A stretch of 64,000 nt of DNA from Camelus dromedarius (Eukaryota): assembly GCF_036321535.1 (NCBI RefSeq), contig NC_087436.1:31064001-31128000 (forward strand). Reading direction: 5' to 3'. Position 1 is the stretch's first letter, and every line of letters starts with the position of its first letter. Shown one piece after another: positions 11,700 to 25,290 of this stretch. The notes below the pieces were generated by a model. It did no database searches and was not told where the DNA came from. It saw nothing but the letters and a program-made list of their open reading frames with translations. A program made the position numbers and the translations under genes.

Positions 11700-12690
11700 C
11701 AGATGTAGTCAGCTCTATGTATAGCAGTTGGATGTAATTTAAATAACTCAAATAGCTTAAATATAAAGGAGATTGATTATGTCAAATGACAAGAAGATAA
11801 GGAGATTCATAGCCTAACTGTGGAATATCCATACAATGGAATACTATACAGGTGTAAAAAAACAAATAAGGAAATTTTCTATAAACCAAATTGGAGTGAT
11901 TAGGAAGACATAATGTTAACCAGAAAAAGCAAAGTACAAAAAGTACATATAATATGCTTGCTATATTTTGTATAAGAAAGAAGGGAAATAAAATTTACTT
12001 GAATCTTCTAATTTCTGCAAAACAAACACAGGAAGAATAAAACAGAAACTAATGAAATTGGTTCCACGAGGAGGTGGGTGAGAAAGGGGCAGAGGGTTAG
12101 GAGAGAGAGACATGTTCCTGACTATATCTTTTTGTAGTTCTGACTTTTGGACATGTGTTGATATTTTGCGTACTTTAAAAAACTCAAATCAACAGGATGG
12201 GGAAATCTATAAAAATGAATACAAACAGAAACAAACAAGCCTGACATATTTTAAATAAATAACATAACATAAAAAAATGTCAAGAAGCTTATCAGTAGGG
12301 CAGGCTCTAGGCTCTGCAAACTAAAACTCCAGCTCAGCTTCTTTATGATTCTTTTAGCAATTTCTTTTTCTAAGTTGGTTTCATCCTGCAGCAGATTCAG
12401 TAATCACATCTAGACATACAAGTCTGGCGTTCAAAGAAGAGCTGCTCTTTTCTATTCATTTTCATTCATTCATTCATTGTTTTCTCTCTCTCTCTCTCTC
12501 CAAATAAACCTTCCCTAGAAAGTGTCCAGCAGATGTTTTATGTCTCATTGGCTACAATTAAATGTTATTACATTTCTCCTTAATCACTGACAAAGTTTAG
12601 CCAATCTAACTTTATCTTAAGTTTAGGCCAATCTTAACCTTCCCTGAAGGCTAGATAACATAATCAAACTAGGATTTTGTTAGTGGGAAT
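11700..12690 (-). mobile_element. Old MaLR LTR (MLT1J/K/L-like) split by an L1MC insertion
   Basis: AACTCAAATAGCTTAAATATAAAGG...; AAACCTTCCCTAGAAAG...CAGCAGA...TGTCTCATTGGC...AATCACTG...AGGATTTTGTTAG. Confidence 0.6.
11812..12275 (+). mobile_element. L1MC-type 3' region
   Basis: AACTGTGGAATATCCATACAATGGAATACTAT...AGAAAAAGCAAAGTACAAAA...CACAGGAAGAATAAAACAGAAACTAATG. Confidence 0.8.
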
Positions 12691-14789
12691 ACACAAAAAT
12701 GAGAAGAGAGTTTAGGAAGTAATACTTTAAGAAGTTATACCGTGATGGGTATTGAAGGACAAGTAAGTAATATTCAGGCAAAAATGGAGGAGAGAAACTG
12801 AATGCAGAGGGTTAGACTTGTGCCTAAATTAGGATAGATGTAATATAGCTGAAGGGGGCGAGGATAAAGAGGGGGAAATAATTTCTGAAATATTTAGGTA
12901 GTAGAATTAGGAAGATTTTTTAATCTATTGTAAAATATTCATTTTCCCTAAAACATCACACACACAATCTAACTTTCTTCATCTGGTTCACTTATAAAAT
13001 TGAACTATTTTCAAAGATAATCTATGAAATCTTGGAAATACATAATATTCATATTAAAGGGCACAAATGAGTTAATTTCTTTTATCTAATCTGAACATTT
13101 CAGACTTGAGAGCAGCTACAAAGTGACCAGTATGCTAACTGCAAATACCAGAGATAATTGATTCAAAGTATGAGAGCCACTTAGGCATGAACAGCCTTCA
13201 AGACAGAAAACCAAAAAGCAGCAACTGTTAAAGCAAATTGTCCTCTAATAAAAGTCCTCTTACCTAATTTTAAGCTGTCCATTCCTTTAGAAAAATCTTC
13301 AACCAGCATTGTGAAAAGATCCATGTCTTTTAAATATCCAGTGTAAGGCTTTAAACTGTGGTACTCCTGAATAATGTTGCTAAGTTCAAAATAATTATAT
13401 ATGACTCCCCATAATTAAAATAAAATTGTTAAATTAGAAAAGACAATTAAAGCTGGAGTAAAATGATCTGTGTTAAAATCATAAAATTGTCATTACTTTA
13501 ATTATTAGCACGATCCATTTTTAATCTATGACATTTACAAAGCAAGAGATTTTACTTATCCAGTCTTATTAGCATAATAATCACTGCACTTTACATGGCT
13601 TTAACAATAAATTACTTTCCTTATATTTAAGTTTCGCCCAGACAAACAGAATTAAATATGTATTGAACTTAAAGGTTAAAGCTCCTTCATTAATTCTGTT
13701 ACTGTTTTTCATAAGCCAAATTCTCCATTAAGGTACCTCTTTGTAGCACTGATTCTAATCATTTTCTGGTAATGAACCTCAGACTGACATGAGATAACGC
13801 CTTTGGGCATTTTTACTTGTAAGAAACCTCAACCCTTAACCCCTTTCTCTTCATGTGCATAATCACTTGCATAGATCTTCCTACATTTGGGATGTGTCTG
13901 TTTCTCTGCATTAATTTTCCATTTTACTATCTCGAAACTACCTTTCTCTTGATTTTTTTCTCTACAATTTTCTTCATTATCTCCCCAGGCCTTCACCCAG
14001 TGCACCTGAGGTTTCTTCCCAGTGATTAGCCTTCTTTCCTCCACTTGTTTGGTCGTTAGTTAGAAAAGACTGTTAATGATTTTGATGAAATTTGATTTTG
14101 ATGGATTGTGAGGATCAACTCTCTTTTTCAGGCCATTGTACCCATGATGAACACTTCCAAAGTATCTTCAAACAGAAATTTCCCTGGTTCATGCAATCCT
14201 ACTCTCTGAGTTCTAGACTGTAAACTTGGGAATGTAGTATGAACTCCCCCTACCTTTCTTCACATAACATTTTCAATTATTCCACACAATTTGATTAAAA
14301 GAGCTATTATAATGTAAGCCTTCTCAAGTTATGTGAGGATAGGTTCCATATAGTCATCTTTCTTCTTTACGTTCTGTAACTATTCTTTGGAAAAAAGTAT
14401 CTTTCTCATTGATTCTATTTTCCCCAACAATTTTCATCATCTCAGACAGATTTTTTTAATATTTATCTCTTCTAAACTAAATTCCACCAGATACTCCTTT
14501 TTTCCAGGAGGGAGTTTGAGCAACACAGCATCCTCTTTAGTATTTCTTTAGAACTTCCCTTTTCTCCAGGTTGCATTCATGTCCCCAGACCTAGAGTCAT
14601 GTGATCCCACCTGGTTTCATTACCCATTGATCTTTCTGCTGTTTGTCAGGTATTAATCCATCACATCAACTTCTCAAAATCTACAGTTGTTCTATCATAT
14701 TTTCAAAAGAGGTATGTACACTGAGCTGAAGCTCTGTGTATTTCAATGCTCTTTTAGAAATGATATAACTGGCTGTCTTACCTCTATTA

Positions 14790-15300
14790 ATCTAAATAAT
14801 GCTCAAAATTCTTCATTGGATTCCCATTGCATTTAGAATAAAATGGCTCATCATGGCCTTCAGGCCCTGCAAGATGTGGCCTCCGCTTCCAACTCCGAGC
14901 TTTCTTAACACTTACTCCATCCCCTGTACCACAGCTGGGAGAGGTCCTGCAAGTCACTTGGTGTTCCTCTGCCTCTTCTGAAATGTTTTCCCCAGAATTT
15001 TGCCTGTCTCATTTTGATTTACCTATCCTGTTTAGCTTAAGTGTCATCTCCTTAGAGAACTTCCCCCAAACACCTTGTCTAAAATAGAGCCGCATGTATT
15101 TCTTAATGCATCACCCTTTTATTTGCTTTACACAATTTAAAATTTCCTTTCATATTTGTTTACTCATTTACTGAAATATTCTACCAAATTCCATGAAAAC
15201 GGATCCTTTCTGTCTTGTTCACTCTTGAATCCTTGGCATTTTACACAATATCTGGTCCATAGCAAACACTCATTAACTATTTGCTAAATAAGCAAACAAA
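14790..15300 (+). mobile_element. L2 LINE 3' end
   Basis: GCTCAAAATTCTTCATTGGATTCCCATTGCATTTAGAATAAAA...CATGGCCTTCAGGCCCTG...CTGTCTTGTTCACT...CTCATTAACTATTTGCTAAATAA. Confidence 0.8.
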
Positions 15301-17666
15301 CAGATGCATGTGTAGAAACCCTGTTAATCCAAGGAATTAATTTTTATTTGTAGGCTGATGTTTGTGAAATTTTACTCGCCAAAAATAAGTAATGTAGAAG
15401 CAATGTGAATCCTCCAAAATCTGCTTGGAATTAGTAGACATTTAATCTAAACAACAACTTCAAATGACTTACTTTTTATGAGCTACAGTTTCTAAATTTC
15501 CAAATATTCTAAAATATCTTATTTTCTTCTTTCTCATGTCTTTTAAGACTAACTTAAATGGAGGGATTAGAAATCAAAGTACCTGGTGTTTCCAGGCAAT
15601 TGCAAAAGGCAATTTCATAGACTGTAAACTCCTTCATGAGACTATGAGCTCCTTGAGGGCATGTCTAGCCAAATCTCTGAAACCCTATTAGCGCCTATAA
15701 AATGCCTTTTTGTGAATACGCAGCAGCAATAGTTTTCAGACAGCGATGACAAATAGTTATACAAATTCACTTTGGAATCTGAACTATTTACAAATACTAT
15801 AATTAATAAAATGATTGTAGATATTCAATTTTTTTTTCAGATTCAAAAAGTGGAGTGCATGTTAAATACACATTTGCTCAGCATTTCAGGAATAGTGAGT
15901 ACTGAGATACTCTCAGATAAGTGCTGTGGGAGGCACAGTCATGCTTTTGGCTCAGAGGAGGCTGTTTAAAGCACTAATGGGTAATGCATTCAATGGCCTG
16001 ATTATGTCCTAAGGGAAGAGCCACCTAAAGACTTCCTGGTGAAGTCTACCAGGAGACGAATAATGATTAGACTCTGGAAGTCTTCTTTTGACATCAGAAG
16101 TTTTAAATGAGAGAAAATAACACTTAAGAAGAACAAGAGCTGGTTAACATTTTACATATCAGTTTTAGAGTAAATATCTTGCAAGCTTAGTTTAGAGTTA
16201 ATAAACACTCTGGATTTTGATTAAGAAAGATTCAGAAATGTAAAACTCTTTTCCTATGAAGTTTGTAAGCATTTCCATTGAATCTTTAAGTTAGCTTTCT
16301 GTACGTATTTTGTCTTATGGACATTTTGGTGAATATTTTGCAGAGGGTGTGCAGACCCTCAAAAGACTCTTCCCTTAGGTAGTAAGTTCTGGAAAAAAAT
16401 GTTAAGAGTTGGGGGTCTCAAACTGCTTGAATAGAAGATATCACTCGAAGTGATTTTGATTAAGGCAAGTTGAAAAATGCATACCAAATTATACTGAGGC
16501 AACAATGCCATAGTAAAATCAGAAAATTCTACCCAGAAAGATCTGTCAGTTGCAAAGGCAGATAAAAGCATTCAAAGCAACCAGGAAGGGGCCTGGAGGA
16601 CTATCATCAAGGAAGATTACTCCCCTCAGGCAAGTGTATCACTCCTTTGAGGGTAGAAAGAAGAAACATTTATCCATCAGCTTCCTTTCCCCATTAGTCA
16701 ATGACTCATCCCACAAAGTGCTAATGCCCCTGAATCTGGAGTTTGCATGAATGTCACTGAGAGGCACAAGCCTAAAACTAGGTTAAGTCTTCAACAAGCT
16801 GTCAGAGCTTATTACGCAGAACTAGTCACTGCAGGGGTGCCTGAAATAAGAGACAGATGAGGCCAGGGGATCTGCAGCAACACAAATGAAGTAACTAATA
16901 CACTCCTAACCAAGCTCTGGGTTCTTGTCAAGTTGAATTGTGAAAGATGTTGCTTCAATATGTACATTTGTGTGTGTGTGTGTACAAACAGTACTATCCT
17001 ATTAAGAGGACTAGTTTTTTTCTGTTCTAATCTTAGCAAAAATATTGTCCTCTTTCAACTTTTTCAATCCATAAACAAATGTACTTTTCATAGTTGGACA
17101 GAATTTTGAGTGACAGCCAAATATAGTCTAATTCTTTACACACACACACACGGTAGCTGTCAGAAAAAATCAAGCATGGCTCATTTCATTTGGAAACGAG
17201 TATGTATGGCTATAGAGTGCTTTATGTGACAGTCCCATTCTCTACTTTTACCCCAGAAATAATGGAGTAAGGACCTTGAGGATTTATGAAAAGAATTATT
17301 CCACCTTTTAATGAAAATTTAAGATTACAGTTACAGCCACATTTTTCCTGTTTTATTTATTATTCCCCAATTGATCTGGAGTCATAGTAAAGTGCAAAGA
17401 AGCTCCTCTGCCTATCATTCCCAGAACCAAAAATGCATACACATGGCATTTTATGTTGTCCGTAATATTTGGGAAATGTGCAGATAAGTTTCCAACAGTT
17501 AATGCAATTCTAAAACTATAATTTTTTTTTAGATTTGTTAAACATTCTTAAAGCATAAATTAAGAACTAGTTCTGAGCAATAGTAAGAAAAGCATGAAAA
17601 GGAACACTGATGTGGCAGGTCCAAAACTAGCTTAATCAGATATCAGAAATTAAAACAAAGTAATTT

Positions 17667-17891
17667 GTACTCAGGCAGAATAATAGCCCCCAAAGATGTC
17701 CACACCCTAATCTACAGAACCATTGAGTATGTTGCATTACATGGTAAAAGGGATTTTGCAGGTACGATTAAAGTTAAGGACCTCCTCAGGGAGATCCATG
17801 TTAGAATTTTGCCCTCCAGAAATGTAAGCTAATATCTTCGTATTGTTTAATTCACCAAGTTAGTGGTAATCTGAAATAAAAAACTAAGGCA
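17667..17891 (+). mobile_element. MaLR LTR (MLT1C/D-like) with an internal deletion
   Basis: GGCAGAATAATAGCCCCCAAAGATGTCCACACCCTAATC...TTACATGGTAAAAGGGATTTTGCAG joined directly to the 3' end CCTCCAGAAATGTAAG...TATTGTTTAA. Confidence 0.8.
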
Positions 17892-17894
17892 CCA

Positions 17895-18205
17895 TTATAA
17901 TCACTTCAGTGTGATGTTGGAGGCGGAACAGCAAGCGGGTCACTGGAACAATAAGATAGTGTAGAACTAGATCCCAGTTTACATAATAATTGAGTATTTG
18001 CCCAAGGTGGCCATTCTGTTCATTGTGAAAAAGAGAACGGTGAATAGGTTAGATAATTGAGCTGGTATCAGTTCTATTTCTCTGGAGGAAAATACAACTG
18101 GGTCCTTCTCTTAAGCCACAAATAAAGAAAAATTATGGGTGTATTTTAGCTTAAAAGTAAAAAGAGAACAATAAAAATCTTACAAGAAAAACTATGGGAT
18201 TACAA
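17895..18205 (+). mobile_element. Old L1 ORF2 fragment
   Basis: Degenerate match to L1 ORF2 (CAGTGTG...TGGAACA...GAACTAGATCCCA...TAAAAATCTTACAAGAAAA). Confidence 0.6.
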
Positions 18206-21200
18206 GTATGTCACATTGTACAATATGTAATAGGTGGCTGACATGGTTGTGGGGAGATAGTATGTTAGGAGAGATGTGAGAAAGAAACAGAGAGGAAATG
18301 ATTGAAAAGGGAAAATAAAAACAAACACTTACCTAAAAATTATGTATGACATGATAGCATTTACATGTAAACTTACTTGTTTATATATATATAAATTTTA
18401 ATATAACATAAAAACAGTTGTTTGTGTGGGTCTCTTACCTGTCATTTGGGCTACTTCAATTTTTTGCATTATTTTAGTGATATGTGAAGAATATTTGAAC
18501 ATCCGTATAAATTACTGGGATTTAGTAATATATTCAAATTCTATAGAACACAAAGTATAAGAAAGACGGTTTTAGATACTGCCTTTTTAATGTTCTCAAA
18601 ATGTCCACAGGTTGTTCAGTATTATTAGATGTTCATTCAAAACTCTCATTTGCCTGGAGTATCTCTGATCCCTGTTTTATCATCCTTCCTCTGTTCTGTG
18701 CTGACAGCTCTCGAGTTGAAATTATCTTCTCCTTGCAGTCAAATTTTAACAATCCGGTTATCTTCTTCTCTCTTTATTATTCATCTGTCTTAAACCAAAT
18801 GAGAGGATTTTTTTTTTCCCATTGGGATTTACTCTCCACACTTTTTAAAAATGAAAGTAACTTTCTTTATTATAGAATTGAATTAAAATCAAAAAGGTCT
18901 GAACCCCATTTAAAAGACAGTTTTGTGACTGAAGAATTGAAAGGATTTCTTTATGAAATAGCTTCACCTTAAGACAGAGGATAAAGGGCCCTGAGGATAG
19001 CGTTATAGTGAATCTCAAAGGTACTCTTCTAACTAATGCTAATGCAGCCAAGAAGCGGGTGTGATGAGGATTTGGAAGGGCATTGTTACAGGAGAAACTA
19101 GGTACCACTTGTTCCCCAAGATAGCAGTGGCCTTCCTCTTGGATCTGCGCTCTGAAGAAAGTCATTATGAGGAAAGACAATAGACAATGAAGAGCCCGTA
19201 AGGAGAATGGCAGAGATAAAAGAAAGGAGGGAGCAAGAGTAGAAAATAAGATAATGTGAAAGTGATAAGACAACTCTACATGTAACAATAAATTTGAAGT
19301 CTCTATCCTGGGTTAATACTTTCTGTTTAATAAATCCAGATTGTGTAATACTATGAGGTGACATGAATTCTGGAATCAGAGCTCCCCAGGAGCAGAGGAG
19401 AGGTGGTCCACTCCATTCATGTTTCAGGTGGCCTTTGTTTTGTGCCCCAGAACCAAGTACAACTGTGAAGTCATTTTACCAGGCATCATGGATGGGGAGG
19501 TATTAGACCAGTAGTGTTAACAGATAAATGCAACTCTATCTCCTGCTGTACCATGTAGCACCCAGCAGCAACTCATCTGGTTATTAATCAAATCTCTGAT
19601 ATAACTCTAGTGGCTGAAGAAGGGGAAAAGATGCCGAAGTGTGAAGAAATGGCGATGTGGCTGACATTCTCCAAGAAGCAGTCATTCTCAGAAGATGACT
19701 GACATCTTAAATTTCTAGGGAAATGCATTAGCTTCCTTAACCCTGGAGTCTGTGAAACTCATAAGAAAATTAAGTGAACATAAAACTACTGCCAAATTTA
19801 GAAATTTGCTTACACACTCTGCAGAAAATATCATGAGCTATTTAGAGTCTACTTTAAAAACGTATAGCTTATATTTCGAGTTTAATACCTGGGGCATTAA
19901 CTCTATTCATTTTACTAGCTTCAGTGAATTTCACTTTTGGAGCATAACACTGCATTGAAAATGTGTCCTCTATCCTATGATATTTATGTATCATTTAATA
20001 CAAAATTTATGAAGCTCCATTTCTGATTTCCAAATGGATACAAATTAGAACACAGAGTATTTACATTCCTTCATTTCTAAACCACAGACATAAAGTTTGA
20101 CTTTAAAATGCCACAGGACTTGTTTGTTTCATAGAAGCTATATGTATTTATATGTCTTTGTGTCTCCAACACACTCTGGATTTCTGTTTTTAATTTAATA
20201 CTGTGCAAGGATTGGCTATAAAAATACTATGCTATAGAAGTTAGAGGTGGATTGTTTTTCTTTTAATTCCTGAAACATTTATAGGCTCTCAGAGGAGTAG
20301 AATTTGTAACCACATCATCACCTAACATTTTCTTGTCTTCTTTGGAGATTAGCAGTTAAAAATCTATAAACTCTTTTTGCTACTCAGACCAGATTCTAGG
20401 TAGAGAAGATATTTTGGTCTATTCCAATTTACTTTGTTCAAAGAGGATGGATTTTTTAAAAATGACTTTCCTCTTTGTTGCAAATATAGGGTTGTTAGTT
20501 TTCAGAGAGTATATTCCATTTGTTTTAATAAGCATTTTAAAGTGGTTAAATACTATGTGTCCATTTTCATTTCCACAGGTGATGTTTGAGTGTTGAAATG
20601 CAAACCTAAGATTTAAAATCATAAATAATTTTTTAAAAATCCCTTTCAAAGGTGTTGAATGGTAATGACTGGCCAAATCTACTTTGAACATAGGCAACTG
20701 AATTTGTAATGATGATCTCACTATGGGGAAACCTGCTGTAAAGGGATCATTATTTTTGGGTGCAGAATTTGCACAAAATACTTAATATGTCAGTAATTTG
20801 TTGATATAATTATTGTTGATATAATATTGCTATCTGAGTAATTCTGTCTCAGGAATCTCTGAAATACAGAAAAATAACATAAATACTTCAAAAAAGGTAT
20901 TAAGATGTGTGTTCCTTTTTGTTACAGTCCTTCCACTTGTATCTCATGTTAAGCTGTTTATATATACAACTTATCTTTTTTTGTCTTCTAATAAATTTGA
21001 AATACATAACCTGTGAATTCACTTATAAAAAGAAACAGCAAAATTACTCATTCAGCCAGTAAGATGCCCTTATCATACTGATTATTAGTCTTGAATTCTA
21101 TAAAAGCTGTGTTAAAACAATGTTGAAGGGTTTGAATAAATATTTTTTTAAATGAGAGATAGGTATATTAGAATGTGTTTGCATACAATCTGAGTAAAGA

Positions 21201-21264
21201 GCAAATTAATATAAGCAGATAGAAAAATAATTGATCTTCTCTCTCATAATCAAAATAAAACCAA

Positions 21265-21490
21265 ACTGGTGTGGATAACATACACGCCAAGAATTCGGAA
21301 CACCTGGATTCTAGGCCCTGATTTTGTCGCTTGGTGTGAAATGGTGACAGATGATGAAGTGTCCACTCTCAGTTTTTTTTTCCTTGAAAAATTAGGCTAC
21401 AAATGTTTAACCTTACTTGAGAACATTATGGTGAAAATCAAATAAGTAAAAATGCTCTGTAAATAGTGAAGGTGTGACAAATCTAAATTG
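21265..21490 (+). mobile_element. MIR/MIR3 SINE
   Basis: CACCTGGATTCTAGGCCCTGA...CTCTCAGTTT...GTGAAAATCAAATAAG...ATGCTCTGTAAA. Confidence 0.65.
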
Positions 21491-22149
21491 GCCTTACTGT
21501 AATTCCCAAACATTTGAATTGTGTTTTGTTGTCAACCCTGAAGGAAACAAATTCCTAAGAATTTGCTCCTATGTCTAGACTTCTCTAAAGTCTATAGCTC
21601 TATGTCAGAGTGAAACTTAAGAAATTAAAATATGTGTGAATTAAGAATTTTGTTTTTGCAGTTTCTACTCCTTTCATTACATACTTCACTTTGCTTGTTT
21701 TTATTGCCCCATTATTTATTATTTGCTTATTGCCTAGAGAATACAGGTTAATATTAATATTAAAGGAACTATCTTCCAACAGATTTTCAAAACTTTAAAA
21801 TTATAAATTAGCTCAACAGTCCCCCCAAAATTCATGCTTTGTTCTTTTTTTACATATAAGTATTTATAACTTTATAGACACCTACTTTGAAGTTATAAAT
21901 AGGTGCTAATTTGATCATATAATATTCCTGAAAATTCTGATAAAATTTTAGCTAAAAAGAAAAAAGTAAAATTTATTTCCACTTATTGTGAAGAATAACT
22001 TTCAACTGTATTTTTTCATGGCAAAACTGATAGACTTTAGGTCACTCCTATAAAGTTTTATTTTGTTTTTAGCATATACTTTAGGAAAATTGCACCACTT
22101 TTGATGAGATTTTTAATAGTGCAATACTGTAAATATTAATAGAGAACTT

Positions 22150-23450
22150 TCTCAGCAGTTTCAAATCATCAGGTCATTTTGCCTGACCTAATGATAAAAC
22201 ATATATTTTACAATTGTTCATTTAATACAAAATATCCGCCATTTCTCCCATCAAGATAGATTGTTTTGTATCCTAAGCCTTTCCTTCTCACCATATTATG
22301 ATAAAACCCATAGACTATTTTTACCTTTTCTCTCTTCTGCCCTTTTGCCAGTTTCATCTTTAAATTGGGTTAGGATGTTTTTATCATTCCCATCCTTGAC
22401 CTGCAAGCCAGTTCTAATGCATAGGTTTTACAAGATTATTTAGTGTTTTTAGGCATATATCAATACTGTAAGACCTCTTATTGTATATCCCTTCTGTTAC
22501 AAGTCCTTATTTAAGGCAGATATTACATATTCTCAGGGTATCCTACTTACTTAGCCTTAAATACTAAAAGAAAGCAAAAGAGAAAGATTAGTTGCTCACT
22601 CTGATTTCTCTCTTTTTCCATTGTGAAGACTGTTCTAGTTCATACATTTTTAGTTGGTCCAAAGCCTCTTCTTTGAATTCTTTATTCAGAGTAGCTATAT
22701 GGATGTATTTTCTGAGTTACTATATATCTTAATTTTTTTTCCTGACAAGTTAGAATTAAGAAATTTGGATTGCAGATCTTTTCATTCAGCAGTTCACAGA
22801 TGCTGCTCTTTGAACAACCTTCCTGGGTTGGAAATGAGAAGTCCAATGCCCGTATAAGTTATTTTTTCTATTTGCCTGGAAGCTCAAATTTTTTCTTTCT
22901 CATTAGCATACAAGAAATTCAGTAATTTATATGTAAGTGTGTACTGTTTTTCTTCAGTCCAGGCTTCAAGTTAGTGAACATCTTCAATTAATGAGTTACA
23001 GATCTCGCTTTATCTCAGGAAATTTTTCTTCCCAGGAAATTTTCTTCTGTCAGTGTTTATTATTGCTTCTAATATTTATTCTTTTCTTTTTTCCTGGAAC
23101 TGATATTTCACTTGTTGGTTTGCCCAGATCCATCTTCTATGTCTTTTTTTTCCCCATAATTTCTACCTGTATATAATTTGCCTTTATCTTTGAGCTATTT
23201 CTTTTACTTCATTTGACAGACCATTGTTTCAGATGTCAAGTGACTATCATATCTTCAAATCATCCATTAAATTGTTTGGATGACAAATCACATTTTTCAT
23301 TCTAATTTTTTAAATGCTATTCTATTCTATTTTTGATGTAGAACTTTATTTTCCTTATGTACTTTTGTCGCTATATTTTATTCAAGTGTCTGTCTGTTCA
23401 TCTCATGCAGCAGCTCTGTTTAGCTGTGTAAGTGTCATTCTGACCAGGCT
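22150..23450 (-). mobile_element. Very old L1 (L1M5/L1ME-type) internal fragments
   Basis: Long T-rich tract with antisense L1-like motifs (GATATTACATATTCTCAGG, ATGAGAAGTCCAATGCC, TCAGGAAATTTTTCTTC). Confidence 0.5.
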
Positions 23451-25049
23451 GATCACTCCTGAGCGATGGCCAGTTTAGATTGGTTGTAACTCATCAGGCT
23501 GAGCTCCTGGGGCTCAGGTATAATTGCTGTTACCAAGCAACATGAGTTGCACAGAGGCTGGGAGACAAAACATCCACTTCCTTTATGGGCCAGCAGTGAG
23601 TAAAAAGACACATTTCCAGGCTTTTGTGAAATCCCCGAAGAATTCTCTTTGGTCTCCTTAAATATGGGAGGGTCTGGGGAGGCTTGGCCCAGCTGTCCAT
23701 TGGTCTTGTACCCAGAGAACCAGACCTATTCATACAAAGCCAACATCACCATGGTTTCTACAATTATCTAACCAATCACTTCTCCTGATGCTCCATATTC
23801 CTTGGAGCTCCTCTCTCCACCTGCAGTTTCACTCCATGTAACACCAGCAAAATCCAGGCCTCACTTGTCTACATGCGTCCACCTGAGGGCACAAACTACC
23901 ATGAGGTTCAGGAGAGGCAAATAGATTGGGGCCAGGAGTAGAAGAAAAAAATAGTTTATGTTCAGATTGTATCTGACTTATTTTTTCCCAGAATTGCAAC
24001 AAAGTGTTAAAAAGGGAAAAAACAGAATTATATAATGTTTGTTAATGTTAAGCCATATACAATTAGATCATAGTGTTGAAAATATACACATTTATAAGAA
24101 TTTACTTATATTGATCTACTAAAGATAGCTCATAATTCACAGAATTTTATTTCTAGATCATAAAAAGATATGTTGTCGTTTGGATTTTTAACTTTCTTCC
24201 TGTGTTTTGTTGTTTCCCAATTTTTCTAGCATGTGTATAAAGTGTATGCATGGCATGTGTGTGTATATATATAGATATAACCACAAAAAAGATTTTTTAT
24301 AACACTTTAGGTATTCAGGGAGTAGGTTAAGATTTATTTATTACTTTAGTTTGCTGTATTTTTGGATTTGAAGCTCTGAGTATATTTCATTATTTGACTT
24401 GCTTTTAGATATTTTGTGCATCTTGAAGTGTTTTGAAATTGTGACTCTCTTGCTTTTTTAAATGAAGAGGGTGTAGTTATTGAAGTTTTATCTACTGATA
24501 AAGGCTACATCCTCTATTTTGAAGCTTGCACTAGTCTACTCTCTTATCAAATGCAGCTTTGCTTTCCTGTTTTTTTTTTCATCATATGTGTGTGAAATTA
24601 TACTTTTCAGCAGTCTACTACAGAATCCTGTTGAGAAAGAAATGTATTATCTCAGCTGGACATAACTCCACTAAAATATTGAAAATGAATGAATGGCAGA
24701 AACACCAAGTATGAAATTTAGAGTGTAACCAAATACTTCCTAGGCAACAGTGACTTAAAAGCAAATGTCAACTTCTGGCAGGTGTAATATATACATTAAA
24801 ATGCATGTTACTAATATTTACAGACCCTTCTCTACTTCTTAAAATAAAGCAATTCTATCTTAAAAAAAATAGAGAGAGCTATATTTCCAAAATCTAAATC
24901 TCATCATGAGATTTTATGTTGGGGAAAAATAGTACATGAAGTCAATCTAACATTCTTATACCTAAAGATGGAAAAGTCAAAGAGTGAAGTTTATCTATTT
25001 AGCAGTGGGGCTAAGGGACATCAAATTCCAGAATTCTGTGAGGTATTTC

Positions 25050-25290
25050 TTCAGACTGGATACTTGCTAGCCCTCCCAAATTTCCTACGAAGTTAGGCAG
25101 ACATTTGCCTTAGCAGAATTGAAGACCCATAGCGTTTACCCCTTCTGTTTCATCTCTTACCAGGTTGTATTGTAAACTATATTTTTACATGTTTGATCTC
25201 TCTTTAAAGCTATGAGTCATTTCAGGGAAGGTGACATATCTTACTGTTTTTGTGTTATTGGTATGACGCACTGCTTAGATAAATGAATAA
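25050..25290 (+). mobile_element. L2 3' end fragment
   Basis: AAGCTATGAG...CAGGGAAGG...ATATCTTA...AAATGAATAAAT tail. Confidence 0.5.

Noticed and set aside
18601..19364. Cluster of overlapping longer ORFs (123, 147 and 88 aa)
   Set aside because: No recognisable homology, low-complexity hydrophobic composition and overlap on opposite strands
20555..20585. TTTTCATTTCCACAG|GTGATG as a recursive splice site
   Set aside because: The regenerated donor GTGATG is poor and I saw no convincing downstream 5' splice site
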